From NCBI GenBank assembly GCA_039621445.1, contig CP154954.1:27020123-27084122 (forward strand): a stretch of DNA of 64,000 nt, read 5' to 3'. The notes below the pieces were generated by a model, which saw nothing but the letters and a program-made list of their open reading frames with translations, was not told the origin of the DNA and searched no databases. How positions within the stretch are numbered: position 1 is the first letter of the stretch; each line of letters begins with the position of its first letter. The position numbers and the translations under genes were made by a program. The DNA is from Euglena gracilis (lineage: Eukaryota). This document shows, piece after piece, positions 13,040 to 25,424 of the stretch.

Positions 13040-16000
13040 ATGCAGAGCACAACACGAACATGCATTGACTACGCTGCATTGATTGGTTGACTTCGAGGAA
13101 CTGAACCTGCAGCAGCATTGACCAGCTCTAATGAGCATTCTCAACCCCATAGGGGTACACAGGCATTGAATTATTCCATTATTCCACAGGTAATCCACCT
13201 TCTCAGCGTGTGTCACACCTATCGGTGTCTGTGTGGAGTAATCCTCCCCCCGCCCAATGGGCACGCCCACACCTATCCCAATGCCCAACAGGCACAACCC
13301 CTTTGTTGGAAAGCCGATCGGCTGATAGCTATTCCTCCCGGCGAGATCACGCACTCGTGCTGATAATCACATTTGACTCCGAGGCGGATGCGCCACGACA
13401 GCTTTTTGTCGAGGTTGGGTTAGAAACACCATGTTTTTCCAGCCCCCCCCCCACCTGTGCTTCCCAGACAAATCTGATAGGACAATTGCCAGCACCACCC
13501 GATACGGGTTTTTTTCTGGCATTGCCATAGCACCCAGAGATGGGTTTGACAGTACCCGCTTATTCAAGCCACGGGCAATCCATGAGCAATGATGTGGAAG
13601 AGTTGGGAAATATTTCCTTCCATCCCATTACCGTGATTCAATGCATAGTCGCAATTTTCCCAGCGTAACACCTGCTTAGGCGGCAAATTTCCCATGTGCA
13701 CACTTGTGTACCGGATTGCGCTATGACGCTTAACAAGGGTTTGGATTTTGATGAAAACAACCAAAAGGTTGTAGAACACAAGCTGGATTACCTTTGGAGT
13801 TATGTGGGTGATGTTGGTGAATATTGCCAAACGAATTTTCAATCCACCAACATGGACCTAGCCACTTTGCCTCAAGGTTTTGAGACACATTCGCAGACAC
13901 ATTTGCCACAACACTTCCAAAGAGTGATTGAAGCCATGTGTGAAACACAATCCCGCAATCATGCAATTTTGTCCAACATGCAACATAGTTTGCAAGCTTT
14001 ATCCCATCAACTGGATCCAATTATGGCAATTTTTCCAGAATTACAGCAAAAGTTGCATGAACCCTCCATCAAAAATAACGATTTGGGACAATTTATCACA
14101 TGGAGCACCTCTCCACACTTGCAGCTGCATTTCAGGAAGTGCAACAGCGCATTTTCCAATTGAGCGGCGATTCCGTGAATTTTGCCCATTTTTTTGCCCA
14201 AGAAAAACGACAGTTTAACCCCCTGCACGAATGTCCAACAATTGGACGAGAGACTTTCTCGGTTAGAGCAGAATTCTTGCCATTGTGGCGAAATTCCCGC
14301 TAAAATTGCGAGTTTTCATGCCCAAATTACGAATATCGCAAGTAGGATTGAGAATTTGCAACAACAGTGGCAAAATGACACAATGGAAATACTAATCGCC
14401 ATCGCAGATATGAAGAACCGCAATGCGGCAACCCGTGCACCAGCACCACGTATTAGCGGACTAAAGGCCACCATGACCGATTTGCACAAAAAGTTGCAAC
14501 AGGATGTTGGTAACATTGAAGCCGCACTGGCTAAGGTGCATGCACGCTATGCGGAAGTAGCTGGTAGGATCCCGGATGTCACCGGCATTCAAACCGTGGT
14601 AGCGGATTTGCACAAACGCATGCAAGATTTAATCATAGAAGTGCTTCAGGTGCAATCACCAACCAAAGGCATATTGTCATCAACATTACCCACACCCAAA
14701 CCCAAACCCGCACACTTGGAGCAATTTAGCGCTTAAATGCGTGCGGAAAATCACCAAATCATGCAACGAATCTGTGATAGTCTCATGAAAACCGAAAAAA
14801 CGGTGAAACAGGATGTCACAAAACCGCAAAAATGACCTTACCGCGCTATCCGAGCAAGTTCCAGTGTTGAAGGAACAACCAACGGCTGAAAAAGTCAAAG
14901 ATAAGCATTCGGACCATCCCACCAAGCCATCTACACAACTGGAGGCCATTTCCAGTTTGATGCGCACTTTGGCGGTACGAGTACAGGAATTGGACACAGG
15001 ATTTGGTGCAATTTCGAAAGACTTCCAGCCGATTTCCGACAAAATCCTGCTTTTGGATGAGTTACCCTCATACCGTAGGCGGATTAAGCGTTTGCAGGAG
15101 GACGTGGGTCGGATAACCAACAATTGGCAGGTTCCTGACCATTTGGAGCAACGTGTGCATGAGTTTGCAACACATTCGGACCCAGTACAAGCACAACGGC
15201 GTTCACATACATCAAAACCTGCTATCGGGTATGGTTGACACACTTGCTACATCTTTCAGGTCAAAAAGCGCTATTCGCGCACCAGCCCCGAGTCCACAGG
15301 TACATTGCCACCAAACCATGTTCCCGCTCATGCGGTGGTTCCCCCCTTAGCATTACCAGTCCAATGGACGAGTTTTCGGACAATGAGTCTGTTTTTCAAG
15401 CCAAAACCAGACCTACTCCCCTCTTAAATCAAGAGATCCGGGAGTCCGAACAAATTTGCGGTATGAGCCGCAACCCCACACCGGGTATTGGTCATATCTC
15501 CCAAATACGCTTAGTAGCACCAATGCTGCAACCATGTGACACGTCACCCCCACATGCACAACCGCATCACCATTCGCGCATTGGCGACACCCCAAACTTG
15601 CATGGTACGTGTGGTACACTGAGTGCTACGTTCCGTGCGATTACCCGAACAATACCCTTGGAGCAACCATCGGAGTACCTGTACATGGTGCAATTTCGTG
15701 CCCGGTCCCACCCCCCATCAATACAACCGAAGGGCCACGGCTTTCTCAGAAAGATTTCAAGGGCACCATCGTAATCGCGAACAAGGTGAAGCCCCAGTGG
15801 GACGGTGACCCCACCATTCGGTGACTCCGAATACTATTGGGATTTGAACGGACCAACCCAGGACGACAACCCGGAAGTAATCAAGATGAAGTTTATTAAT
15901 TGCCTCCCAAGCGACGAAAAAGAACGCGCAGACAATTGGTCATTCGCAGGCACATTTCTTTTGAGGATTTGGTTGAGCAATATGCTTCATCATGCTCCAG

Positions 16001-17099
16001 TGTGGTTTCCAGAATCAATCTGGAAAACAAATTGCGGCAATTTTGCTCCCCCGGACCGTATTTGGAAGTCGATAGACTTGTGGTACTCCAAGTGGCTTGT
16101 TTTGGCAAGCGAAGTTGGTGAGTTAGGAGAAAAGAAACTCAAAGATCAATTTGATGTAGTATTACTGCGCTACATCCCCAAGCTCGTGAAGGAAATTCAC
16201 CGCGAGGAGCTCGCGGGACATATTTTGACTCTCGATGAGAGATGAAACTATGTTTCCAAACAAACACACACAACTGTGATAACAGAAGTTATCACAACTT
16301 CTGGGACATTTGAATCTGCATATCACCACCATCCCACCGATCAGCGAAATCACCATCGAGTGATTCCAAAACGCGCTATCCGCGCTCACATCCCAAGTCC
16401 CCCACACGGGAATCCAAACCGTGCCATTCGCACTCTCCTGATCAAGTTTCAGACAAAATGTGATTTTTGTGTAATCAATCGGGACACATGTCTCGCGAAT
16501 GTCGGAACCCCAAGCGCAAAAGCCAGTAAGAGCCCCCGAGGATCTCTCTCTCTCTTCCTGGAGTTCGTGTTCTTCGCGCCCCGCATTTGCAGCGGTCGGG
16601 GTACTGATCGGGTGATGTTGGACCACGTTCCCTTTCACCTCACCGCAATAGCGGAAGTGGTTTCACACCGCGAGGTCGGTCCCCCCGCCCCCCTACCCGC
16701 AATCCGGATGCAAATCACGATCTCGGTTGCAAAATCCCGGTTGCAAATTGATCATCCTCTTCGCGATCCGACCGCGGTCGAGCGGATACCCGCTCCCTGC
16801 GTCGTCATGATGCCAAAAGGCAATCACAATCACGAAACCGCTGTTCCCATTGTAGGTCTAAAGACCACCACTCATCCAAGTGCCCTCGTTCCCGTTCTCC
16901 CCGCCCTGGCCATGGTCGTCGCGATTCCAATTGCGGTTCTGCCAATAGGCAGAGGGTTGGTTTCAAAATATCCTGTATCGAGGAAAAAGACATGGGTTCG
17001 GGCGAGTTGGGGGAAGACATGAGTGCGATTTGCGCGATACGCGAAGTTTATTCTAGGAAGTCCACCACAGGCCAAAGGGCCGACTCCGATATGGAGTAG
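13040..17099 (+). pseudogene. gag: gag pseudogene of element A
   Basis: Fragments homologous to B/C Gag (LNKGLDFDENNQKVV...KL, KVKPQWDGDPT, WKSIDLWYSKW, IHREELAG) with many frameshifts. Ends at TAG 17097-17099. Confidence 0.85.
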
Positions 17100-20000
17100 G
17101 GGAGCCCGAGGTCTGAGGGCACAGACCTCTGGGCAGATGAACAGATGGACGCAGGAACTGATCACCCCTGCCCCCCCTGCCAATCGGTCTTTTTGGTCGT
17201 TACCCAGAAAATTTTCAGGTCCTCCACTCCCCGAGCCAAATTTTTTCTTGGAATGTTGAGCAAAGTAAGCAAATGGTCATGGAGCAGTTGGCGCGACAGC
17301 AATTTTACCTCTGACGCTTCGCTTTGCGTACCCCCCATGGAACTTTGGTTTGAGCCAAAATAAAAACACAAAATTTCTGTGCACGAGCCAAAATTTTAAT
17401 CGACACAGTGTGTTGAATCCTGCTTCTTTTCCGCAAAGGACTCATACCCAACTCCCTCTTGGTTCATGCCAAGAATCCAATCAAAATTATGCCCGCTGAC
17501 AACAGCCCCATGTGTGGTGGTGACTTGGGATGCATTTTTGGACCGCCCAGCTGCACAACTTTTTCGTTTTTAACAGGTTGTGTTGACTTTAGACAGATAA
17601 CCCAACCTACACCAACTTATGCACTGACACCCTCACAAACGCGCACCACAAGCACCAACCCTCCTACCAAAGCACTCATTGTCTGAGAATATCCGCTTAC
17701 CCTTATTTTGATTGTGGATGTCTAGTTGAATCTTCCAAACTAATCCGATTGGATCCCGGAACCGGGAATTTTTCAACCCCTACCCAAACCTTTACACTTG
17801 CTAGTGGTAGTGTCGGTACGTACATAAGAGATAACCAAAAGGTACAGAGCCAGAGTACAATGGGGGATACACCCATCCGTACACTTGGTAGTTTTTCACA
17901 TCTCACAACTGCACTTGACCTTTTGTCGCAATTTGCTGGTGCTAATCAAGCACTACAGTGCAAATGCATTGCCTCCCTCTTCAGTTTTGCGCCTAGCGCT
18001 CCCCATGCGCCTACGGCGCTCTCCACTCACCCCGCGCATATCGTTCTTCACGCACACAGTGCGAATTGAGGCATATCACGCATTCTGCACTATTGCACGT
18101 CACCGATGACTGGGTGTACGCCAAACCCACCCATGCCCCGTCCGGATCGAGTCCTATGGACATGTGTGTGGATGATTCACAATTCCGTTGTTCTGTTTTA
18201 CAGCATGTACCACCCCTTCAGGATGTTGAGCAGATCTGCAAATACACCAAGGACAATTGGAATGCTTTTCAGTTTGGTCAATTTCTAAAATCGCCGATAT
18301 GGCGGTTGGCTTTGATTTGACCTTAGAAGTTGATGCATTCTCTTCCAACGGACATCCGCGATTACCGCAACGTTGGTCGCAGCATTCTAACGCATTTGAT
18401 AAGTTTTGTGGAGACACTATCCTTTGGATGCATCCCCCTAAAGCTTATCCCCCTTGTTAAAAAAAAATTCCAGCGTCAAGCGCGAGGCGCATTATTTCTT
18501 CCTGTGAATCACAGAAGCTGAATGGTTCAAAATTTGACTTATGTCACCTTTTTTGGTGGGACCTGCCAAATTTGTCCCTCTCTATTCGAGGATTTCCGTG
18601 GAGTAGCGTTACCACCTCTTCAAGAAATCGTTTTTCGCGTTTGTTTCTTTGAGGATTTTAATTCTTCCCAAACTTCCCCCCTGAATGTTACTGCGTTGGA
18701 TGAAACCGACCATGTAGGAGCCGATACGGCTGTGATCCATTCTGCCGATAGGCATCACCGTTCGGCCCCCTCTAGGGTTAATATGACCCATCAACAGGTT
18801 TCCGCTGTCATTGAAAGTGCAGGACAGCACCCCAATTCAGCAGAATTTAATGCGCGGATCAGTCACGAATTCGCTGGTGTTTCAGAGAATCCTCTTTGCG
18901 CACGTGATATAGACCCCGCATATTAGCGGGCCTTTTGGTGTTTGTAAGATTCAGCTTAAGGAAGGCGCAAAGCCAATGTATCGGAAATTTTTCAGTTGTT
19001 CAAGAGAAAGAGAGATAGCTCTCAATGAAATGATTGAAAAGCCCATAGAGCGGAAGTGGATCAACCCTTCGAAGACTGAATGGACCTCATAGACTTTTGT
19101 CTTTCCTCAGCCCCCAGACCAAACTGGTCATAAAAAGCGGAGGCCGGTACTGGATTATCGGTACTTAAACTCGCAAACGAAGGATGACCCATTCACGTTA
19201 CCTCTAATCGAGGACCTCGTCACAAAACAAGCGGATAACCGCTTGTGGTCAATTTTCGACTTGGGGGATTGTTTCCACCAAATGCATCTGGATATTGTTT
19301 CACAAGACTATACGGCATTTGTAACATCCAAAGGTGTTTACAAATGGACGGTTTTACCAATGGGTGTTAAGAATGGGCCAGCACTGTTTCAGCCCATGGT
19401 CCAATGGGTCTTACAGGATTTACAGTTTGTGCTGCTTTGCATTGATGATGTTTTGGTCGGAACCCCCCCTCCTTCAGCGAATACACATTAGAATATTTTA
19501 GATATTCAGTATTGTGATGTTTGAGCTGTGTTAACCGCTTTTCTCAAACACAGACGTTTCGTCAAACGTGCTAAAATGTACTTATTTCGTGAAACAATAA
19601 AATTTTGCGGTCACATTCTTGATAGTGGCCAACGCCGAGTGGCGCCTAGCAGACTTGAGGCTTTTAAGAAATGGACACTGAAGTCATCAAGACCATCACT
19701 CCTTTGAAAGGGTTTTTGCTATTTGCCCAATACTACGCGATTTATATGAAAGATTTGGCGAAAATCGCGGTACCTCTAACGAGGCAGCTCAAATATCGCG
19801 CACCAGAAAATACAAAATTCAAATAGGATGCAGACATGCGTGAATCTCCAGAGAGCATTAAAAAGCTAATGCTTGAAAATGTCGTACTCGACATCGCGGA
19901 TCCCTACAAACCTTATGTGCGGGAAGTCGACAGCAGCGATTATGCTATGGGCGGTGTTCTCAGCCAGCAAAACGCGGCTAACGAGTTACGACCTGTAGCA

Positions 20001-20476
20001 TTTTTCAGCCGGGGCTACAAGCTACAAGTGAGGATGGCAAAGGCTAAGTCAAATGGAGTATCGGTGAAAAGGAAACGTATGCAATCGTATTTATTTTGCA
20101 AAAATTCCGCAGTTTGGTCGCCAGTTCCTTGGTGCAAATACCAGTGTTGACTGATCATGAGAGCCTTCAACACTGGTACACCGAGGTCCTGAACAAAGCT
20201 ATGTCTTCCGTAGGTCGAAGATGCCTATGACACGAATTTTTGAGCCAGTTTAACCTAGTGGTTGTATATACCCCCGGTCATACACAAAAAGTTGCAGAAC
20301 CACTCAGTCGATCACCCTGGCAGCACCCTGGTAACCTGGATGAAAGTGATGACACCTTTCATGGCAGCCAAGAGGCTGATGAATATGCACGTCGATATTA
20401 CGCAGCCAACGATATGTTGGATTATTTTCCTGTTTCGTCGTTTTTTCGTTCATTGCAAGTCTCACCTATACGGGGG
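17100..20476 (+). pseudogene. pol: pol pseudogene of element A, 5' part (PR, MTase-like, RT, RNase H)
   Basis: LEVDAFSSNGHPRLPQRWSQHSNAFDKFCGDTILWMHPP (18257-18460), WSIFDLGDCFHQM...[13 protein letters not shown]...CIDDVLV (19243-19491), [15 protein letters not shown] (19836-20150). Confidence 0.85.
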
Positions 20477-20481
20477 AGAAG

Positions 20482-20909
20482 TGTGTACCAGGCACGTCCC
20501 AGCTCTGTAGGATATCTGCAGAGTGGGTTCTGTGACGGTCGCACCACTGTGGAAAACCACAGCTGGTAGGATCGTGGCAGACCCTTCTGGGATCTGCCCC
20601 TGGACACGTCAGCACTTTTCTCTCCTTCCCCCACAGGTGGTATTCTTTACTCTCACAATCTCCAAGTTTCACCATTGGTTTTGTCAGAGGGAAAAACCCT
20701 CGGAACAATCGACTTTGATCTCAGAAGAAACTTCTGAATCTTTGCTTTGTGCTTTGCTTCTTGGGGAATTGGGAAGAAAAGGGGAAAACCACTTTTCGTT
20801 ACTCCAAAGACTTTTCCCTACCATAAGTAGGCTGCGCACCAAGGCGAAAGCGAAAGGCTTTTACAGAAAGTTCCAAAAAGGGGAAAAGGGAAAGCTTTGG
20901 ACGTACACT
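20482..20909 (+). repeat. 5' LTR of element B (428 bp, TG...CT)
   Basis: Direct repeat of 53388-53814 with only a few differences. Termini TGTGTAC...GACGTACACT. Confidence 0.95.
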
Positions 20910-20937
20910 TGGTAGCAGATTTAGGCAACGATCCTAC
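20910..20937 (+). promoter_or_regulatory. Primer-binding site (initiator tRNA-Met-like) of element B
   Basis: TGGTAGCAGA directly after the LTR is the complement of a ...UCUGCUACCA tRNA 3' end (eukaryotic iMet type). Followed by TAGG...CGATCCTAC. Confidence 0.75.
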
Positions 20938-21163
20938 ACAGACGTTCCACACAGAGAAACTCTGTGGTTGACTGGTGGTGAGGATCGTACTGAGCCGTGA
21001 AACACGGTGAAAGTACTGTTCCTGGCCCCTAGCCAACCTTTAAGCAAGAATACAGGTCTCAGAAGGCTCTGTTCGGTAATCGCCGATACAACCTTTCTGG
21101 TCCCTGTTTCTCTGCTTATTTGTGTGAATTTTTGGGTTTTTGCCTTTTTACCCATCTCAAAAG

Positions 21164-24100
21164 ATGCAGAGCACAAGCCCCAACACCAAATTTGATTATG
21201 ACTTGTTGATGAGTTCATTGAGCAATTGTGATGAAGATTGCGGGGATTGGAACGGTTTGAATGAAACAAGTTCCAATTCCCGACCCCCCAAGCAAGAAGA
21301 AGGCAATTTGACTCATTTGTCATTGTCAAAAGGCGAAACGCCTTTATTGTTGCATGGGGGTAATGAACCCTCTTCATCATTGTCATTGATTGTCCGGGAT
21401 GTAGGTGGCAAAATGCCTTCCTCCATCCCGATTCACCCATCATTGATGCAGCGAGGGGATGAACCCCTTGCACCCTCACACTTGGTTACTCATGTTACCC
21501 ATGAACAAAGTGAGGGGTATTGGCCCTGTGCTCTGTTCACACCCAAAAGATCCCCGGTGGAAGCACCGGTGGGCCTTCTGGAGTGCAACTCGGTGGAAAC
21601 ACCGTGTTTTTTCCAACCCCCCCCTCAATTACCACCCCCCACACCATTTCGCGCATTGCCGGGATTACCCGCGGAAGCTGCGGTTTTCCCTGCATTGCCA
21701 TGGAACCCAGATATGCGTCTGGTGGTACCGGAAATCTCTGGTGCCGTTTCCATTGTGGAGGACTATGAGGAAGATTTGAGGGATAACCTCACCCCCGGTG
21801 ATGTTTACCGAATTCTCGGTCAACTCCCAGCGGATCACCCGCTTAGCAAGCAAATTTTGCATGTCCACCAATGCGTTGCGGAATGCGCAACCATGCTCAA
21901 CAAAGTTTTGCAGTTCGATGAGGACAATCAAAGGGTTGTCAACACCAAACTGGAATGTTGCTGGAATTATTTGCAGGAAATCGGCAAATATTGCCAACAC
22001 AATTTTGAAAATGCGGGGAAAGACCTTCAGCATTTTCGAGAAAGTGTCGACAGTATTTTGCGCATCCAACTTCCACAAAATTTCCAACAAATCAGCGAAA
22101 TGCTGCATGAAGCGGAAACGCGGAATGATTCCAAGTTTCTGCATGTGCAGGATGGTATGAGCCATCTTTTTGCCCAATTGGAATCCTGTTCAACCATGTT
22201 ACTGCAATTGCAGCAGCAGTTACAAGCGCAAAATGCCACCCCCAAAATGCCGGAAATCGGTAACTTTGTCGCGGTTGAGCATTTTGCCGCACTTACCACT
22301 TCTTTCCAAGAAGCGCAACAACGAATTTTGCATCTTGGCTCGGAAATCGAGCATTTGAAGCAATTTCAGGCGAAAGTGCAAGAAACTTTTTTTCCCCGTA
22401 CGCAAATCCAGCTTTTGGAGGAACGAATTTCACACTTGGAGCAAAAATCCTGCCATTGTGCCGCAAATCAGGATGGATTAACCACCTTGAACGCGAAAAT
22501 CGCGGATTGCGCACAACGGTTGGATTTTACGCAACAACAAATGCAAACGGACATTGGCGGTATTAATGCCACCGTTGTCGGTTTGCAGGAGCATGTTTCC
22601 GCACTTTCCAAGCGAATTCTCGACATTAGTGGTATTCAAGCCGCTATTGGGGAATTACAAACCCGTTGCACCTTGTTGTCCACCACAGTAGCGGAAATCC
22701 GCTCACTACCCCCCATTTCGCGTGCTCGGATATCCGAGTCACCGGAGTTTCGCTCATTTTACAACAAAATGCTTGGTGACAACAAGGAAACCTTGCAAGC
22801 ATTTTGCACAAGTTTGATTCAACTTGATGAATCGGTGAATCGGAATGCCCGATCCATGCAAGATGAGGTTTCTCGGTTGGATGGACGAATTTCTGCGTTT
22901 TTGGGAAAGCCAACCGCAGAAAATTCGCGCACCACCGCGGAAACCCCCACCAAGTCACTCCACCAATTGCAAACCGTTTCAAATGCGGTAAAAGCGCTTG
23001 CGGGTCAACTCCGGAATGTGGAGGAGTCCCAAGGAAATCTTGCCCAAGAATTACACTTGGTTTCTGAAAAGTTGCCACACTTGGAAGACTTTTCCCGTTA
23101 CCGCAAACGCACTAGGCATTTGGAGACTGAGGTTGACCGTATTTGCGGCCAACTCCAGTTGGTGGAACATTTGGAAGAAACGGTGCATGACTTGTCCGCG
23201 AGTTTGGATAAAATGTCCACTCCGGTACCGGTTGTGCCACCATCCACCGCGGTAAGCGCTGCGGTTGGTATTCCAAATGTCCCGGAATCGCGTTCTCAAA
23301 TTACCATTTCCGGAGTAGGAATCCCTACATCCACCGCGAATTTGGTACAACCACCCGCGAAAACGCGAATTGTACCACCTTTGCATTTGCCAACACCACA
23401 AACACACTCTTCGCACGACATTTCCGATGAGGAAATTGACCCCCCACTCGAAAATTCGAGTCTCCACCAAGAAATTCAACATTCCAACCTTGTACGAGGA
23501 ATGAGCCAGCACCCCACACCTGGTATTGGTCATGTGCCGCATTCGCGATCATACCAACCACCAACGGGTTCTGGATTACCAGACCACCCGTCGGGTTCTC
23601 GGCGGGAAACCCGCCCCACCGGGAGAATTTCACCAAATTTTTCGCAAATCCCGCAGGAAAACCCTGCAAACCTTACACTGGGTGCGGGAAAACCTGCACG
23701 GGTTACACATGGAGCGGAAAATCCGCGAAACGCGTTTGGTGTTAAGAATTACCCTGACCCAAACCCCTGGAATACCACCGAGGGTCAGCGGGTTACTCAG
23801 AGAGACTTCAAGGGCACCATCGCAATCGCGAACAAGGTGAAGCCTCAATGGGACGGGGATCCAACCACATGGAGACAATTTTTTCGGGACTGGGAGTACT
23901 ATTGGGCACTAAAGGGACCCACCCAAGACCCGAATCCTGAGGTAGTCAAGATGGAATTCATCGATTGCCTACCGAGGGAGGAGCGAGAACGCGCACGCAA
24001 TTTGGTGATACGTAATGGCGTATCATTCGATGACCTGGTTGAGCAATACGCTTCAACCAATTCAAGTCTGGTCACCAGGATTACCCTGGAGAAGAAGTGG

Positions 24101-24831
24101 CGACAATTCGCGCCATCGGATCGCAAATGGAAATCCATTGACCTTTGGTATGCCAAATGGTTAGCACTTGCTTCCGAAGTTGATGAACTTAGCGAGAAGC
24201 AAATGCGCGAACAATTCGATGCGGTTTTGTTGCATTTCTCACCATCCCTCGTGAAGGATATCCATCGCGAGGAGTTGGCAGGGCATGAGATGACTCTTGC
24301 CCAACGTTGGAATTATGTGTCAAAGCAACTCAAGCTCACACAAGTTTTGGGACAAATACAGTCCGCTTTCCAAACGCATCCCACCGCGGGAATCCCTGCG
24401 GGTGCGGTTAATGCGTTGCAAAAATCACCCATGTCACCAAGATCACCCACCACGGGACCGAAAACGCGGAATCAGCGTTCCTCGGACCAAGGCACGGATA
24501 AACTGTGCTTTTTGTGCAACAAATCTGGTCACATGTCTCGGGAATGCCCGAATCCCGATGCGCGAAAGCGTATTGGAAGCCCAAGGGGCTCGACCTCCTC
24601 ACGGGGATCGGGTTCCTCGGCGTTTTCACGACAATCGGGAGTTTCACGTTCTTCGGAGAACCGCTTTAGCGATAATAGGCCCAAGTCACCATCGCGTGAT
24701 GGTCGGGAAACCCGTCCTTCTCGCGGTCGGTCACCTGGACCCCCTACCCGAAAACGGGATTTCAATCGCGACTCTTCACGATCTCGTTCGCGAAGTGGAT
24801 CATCCTCTTCGCGGGAGTCACCGGGGAAACC
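21164..24831 (+). CDS. gag: Gag of element B, 5' part (coiled-coil extension, capsid-like region, first CCHC knuckle); interrupted by element C
   Basis: Open ORF from ATG 21164 (MQSTSPN...) containing VKPQWDGDPTTWRQFF and CFLCNKSGHMSREC. The frame is broken at ...SPGKP by LTR C. Confidence 0.9.
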
Positions 24832-25140
24832 TGTGTACCAGGCGTATGCTTCTGTCCCCTTCCGTTGAGGAAGTTAGGATGGAAGCAGATCCTATTAGGA
24901 TCTCCTAATGGGTGCCCCCTTCTCTCTCCACAGGTGGTATTCTTCTTATACCTTTTCCTTCCTTTCCTTGGACCGGACTTGGATTTCCAATCCGTCCTCC
25001 CTGCATTGCTCCGTGCTTTGCTTCTTGGGAAGTGGGAAAAGGGTTTTTACTGTTACTCTGATTTTTAGTTCCCAAGTAGGTGCGCCAAGGCGAAAGCGAA
25101 GGCTTTTTGGGAATTGGGAATTGGGAATCAGACGTACACT
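24832..25140 (+). repeat. 5' LTR of element C (309 bp, TG...CT)
   Basis: Direct repeat of 41066-41375. Confidence 0.97.
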
Positions 25141-25235
25141 TGGTAGCAGATTAGGTCACGATCCTACACACACAGCCCATACAGAAAGAAACGCTATCAA
25201 GTATTACACTTGGTAGCAGATTGGTTCGATCCTAC
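25141..25235 (+). promoter_or_regulatory. Duplicated primer-binding site of element C
   Basis: TGGTAGCAGATTAGGTCACGATCCTAC at 25141 and TGGTAGCAGATTGGTTCGATCCTAC at 25211, each preceded by TACACT. Confidence 0.75.
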
Positions 25236-25424
25236 GCTGACTGGCAGCGGAGAGCCCCTGCACCGTTATTACACGGTCGCAGCGTCAGCTCCCGGCTTCT
25301 AGTCAACGTCTAAGCAGACGAGCAGGCTCCGGAAGGTTCTGTACGGTATTACCCGTTACAGCCCCTCTGGTGCCAGCACAACTGCTTAGTTTTGTGGGTT
25401 TTTGCTGTTTTTGTCATCAGAAAG

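Noticed and set aside
20523-20915. 130-aa ORF in the LTR of B (repeated at 53429)
   Set aside because: It recurs only because the LTR is duplicated, has a non-ATG start and has no convincing counterpart in the LTRs of A or E.
24832-24868. C-terminus VYQAYASVPFR of the 1242-aa ORF
   Set aside because: It is read-through into the inserted LTR of C. The true Gag B continues at 41381.
25211-25236. tRNA gene
   Set aside because: Only a short complement of a tRNA 3' end and T-arm, with no cloverleaf. It is a PBS.
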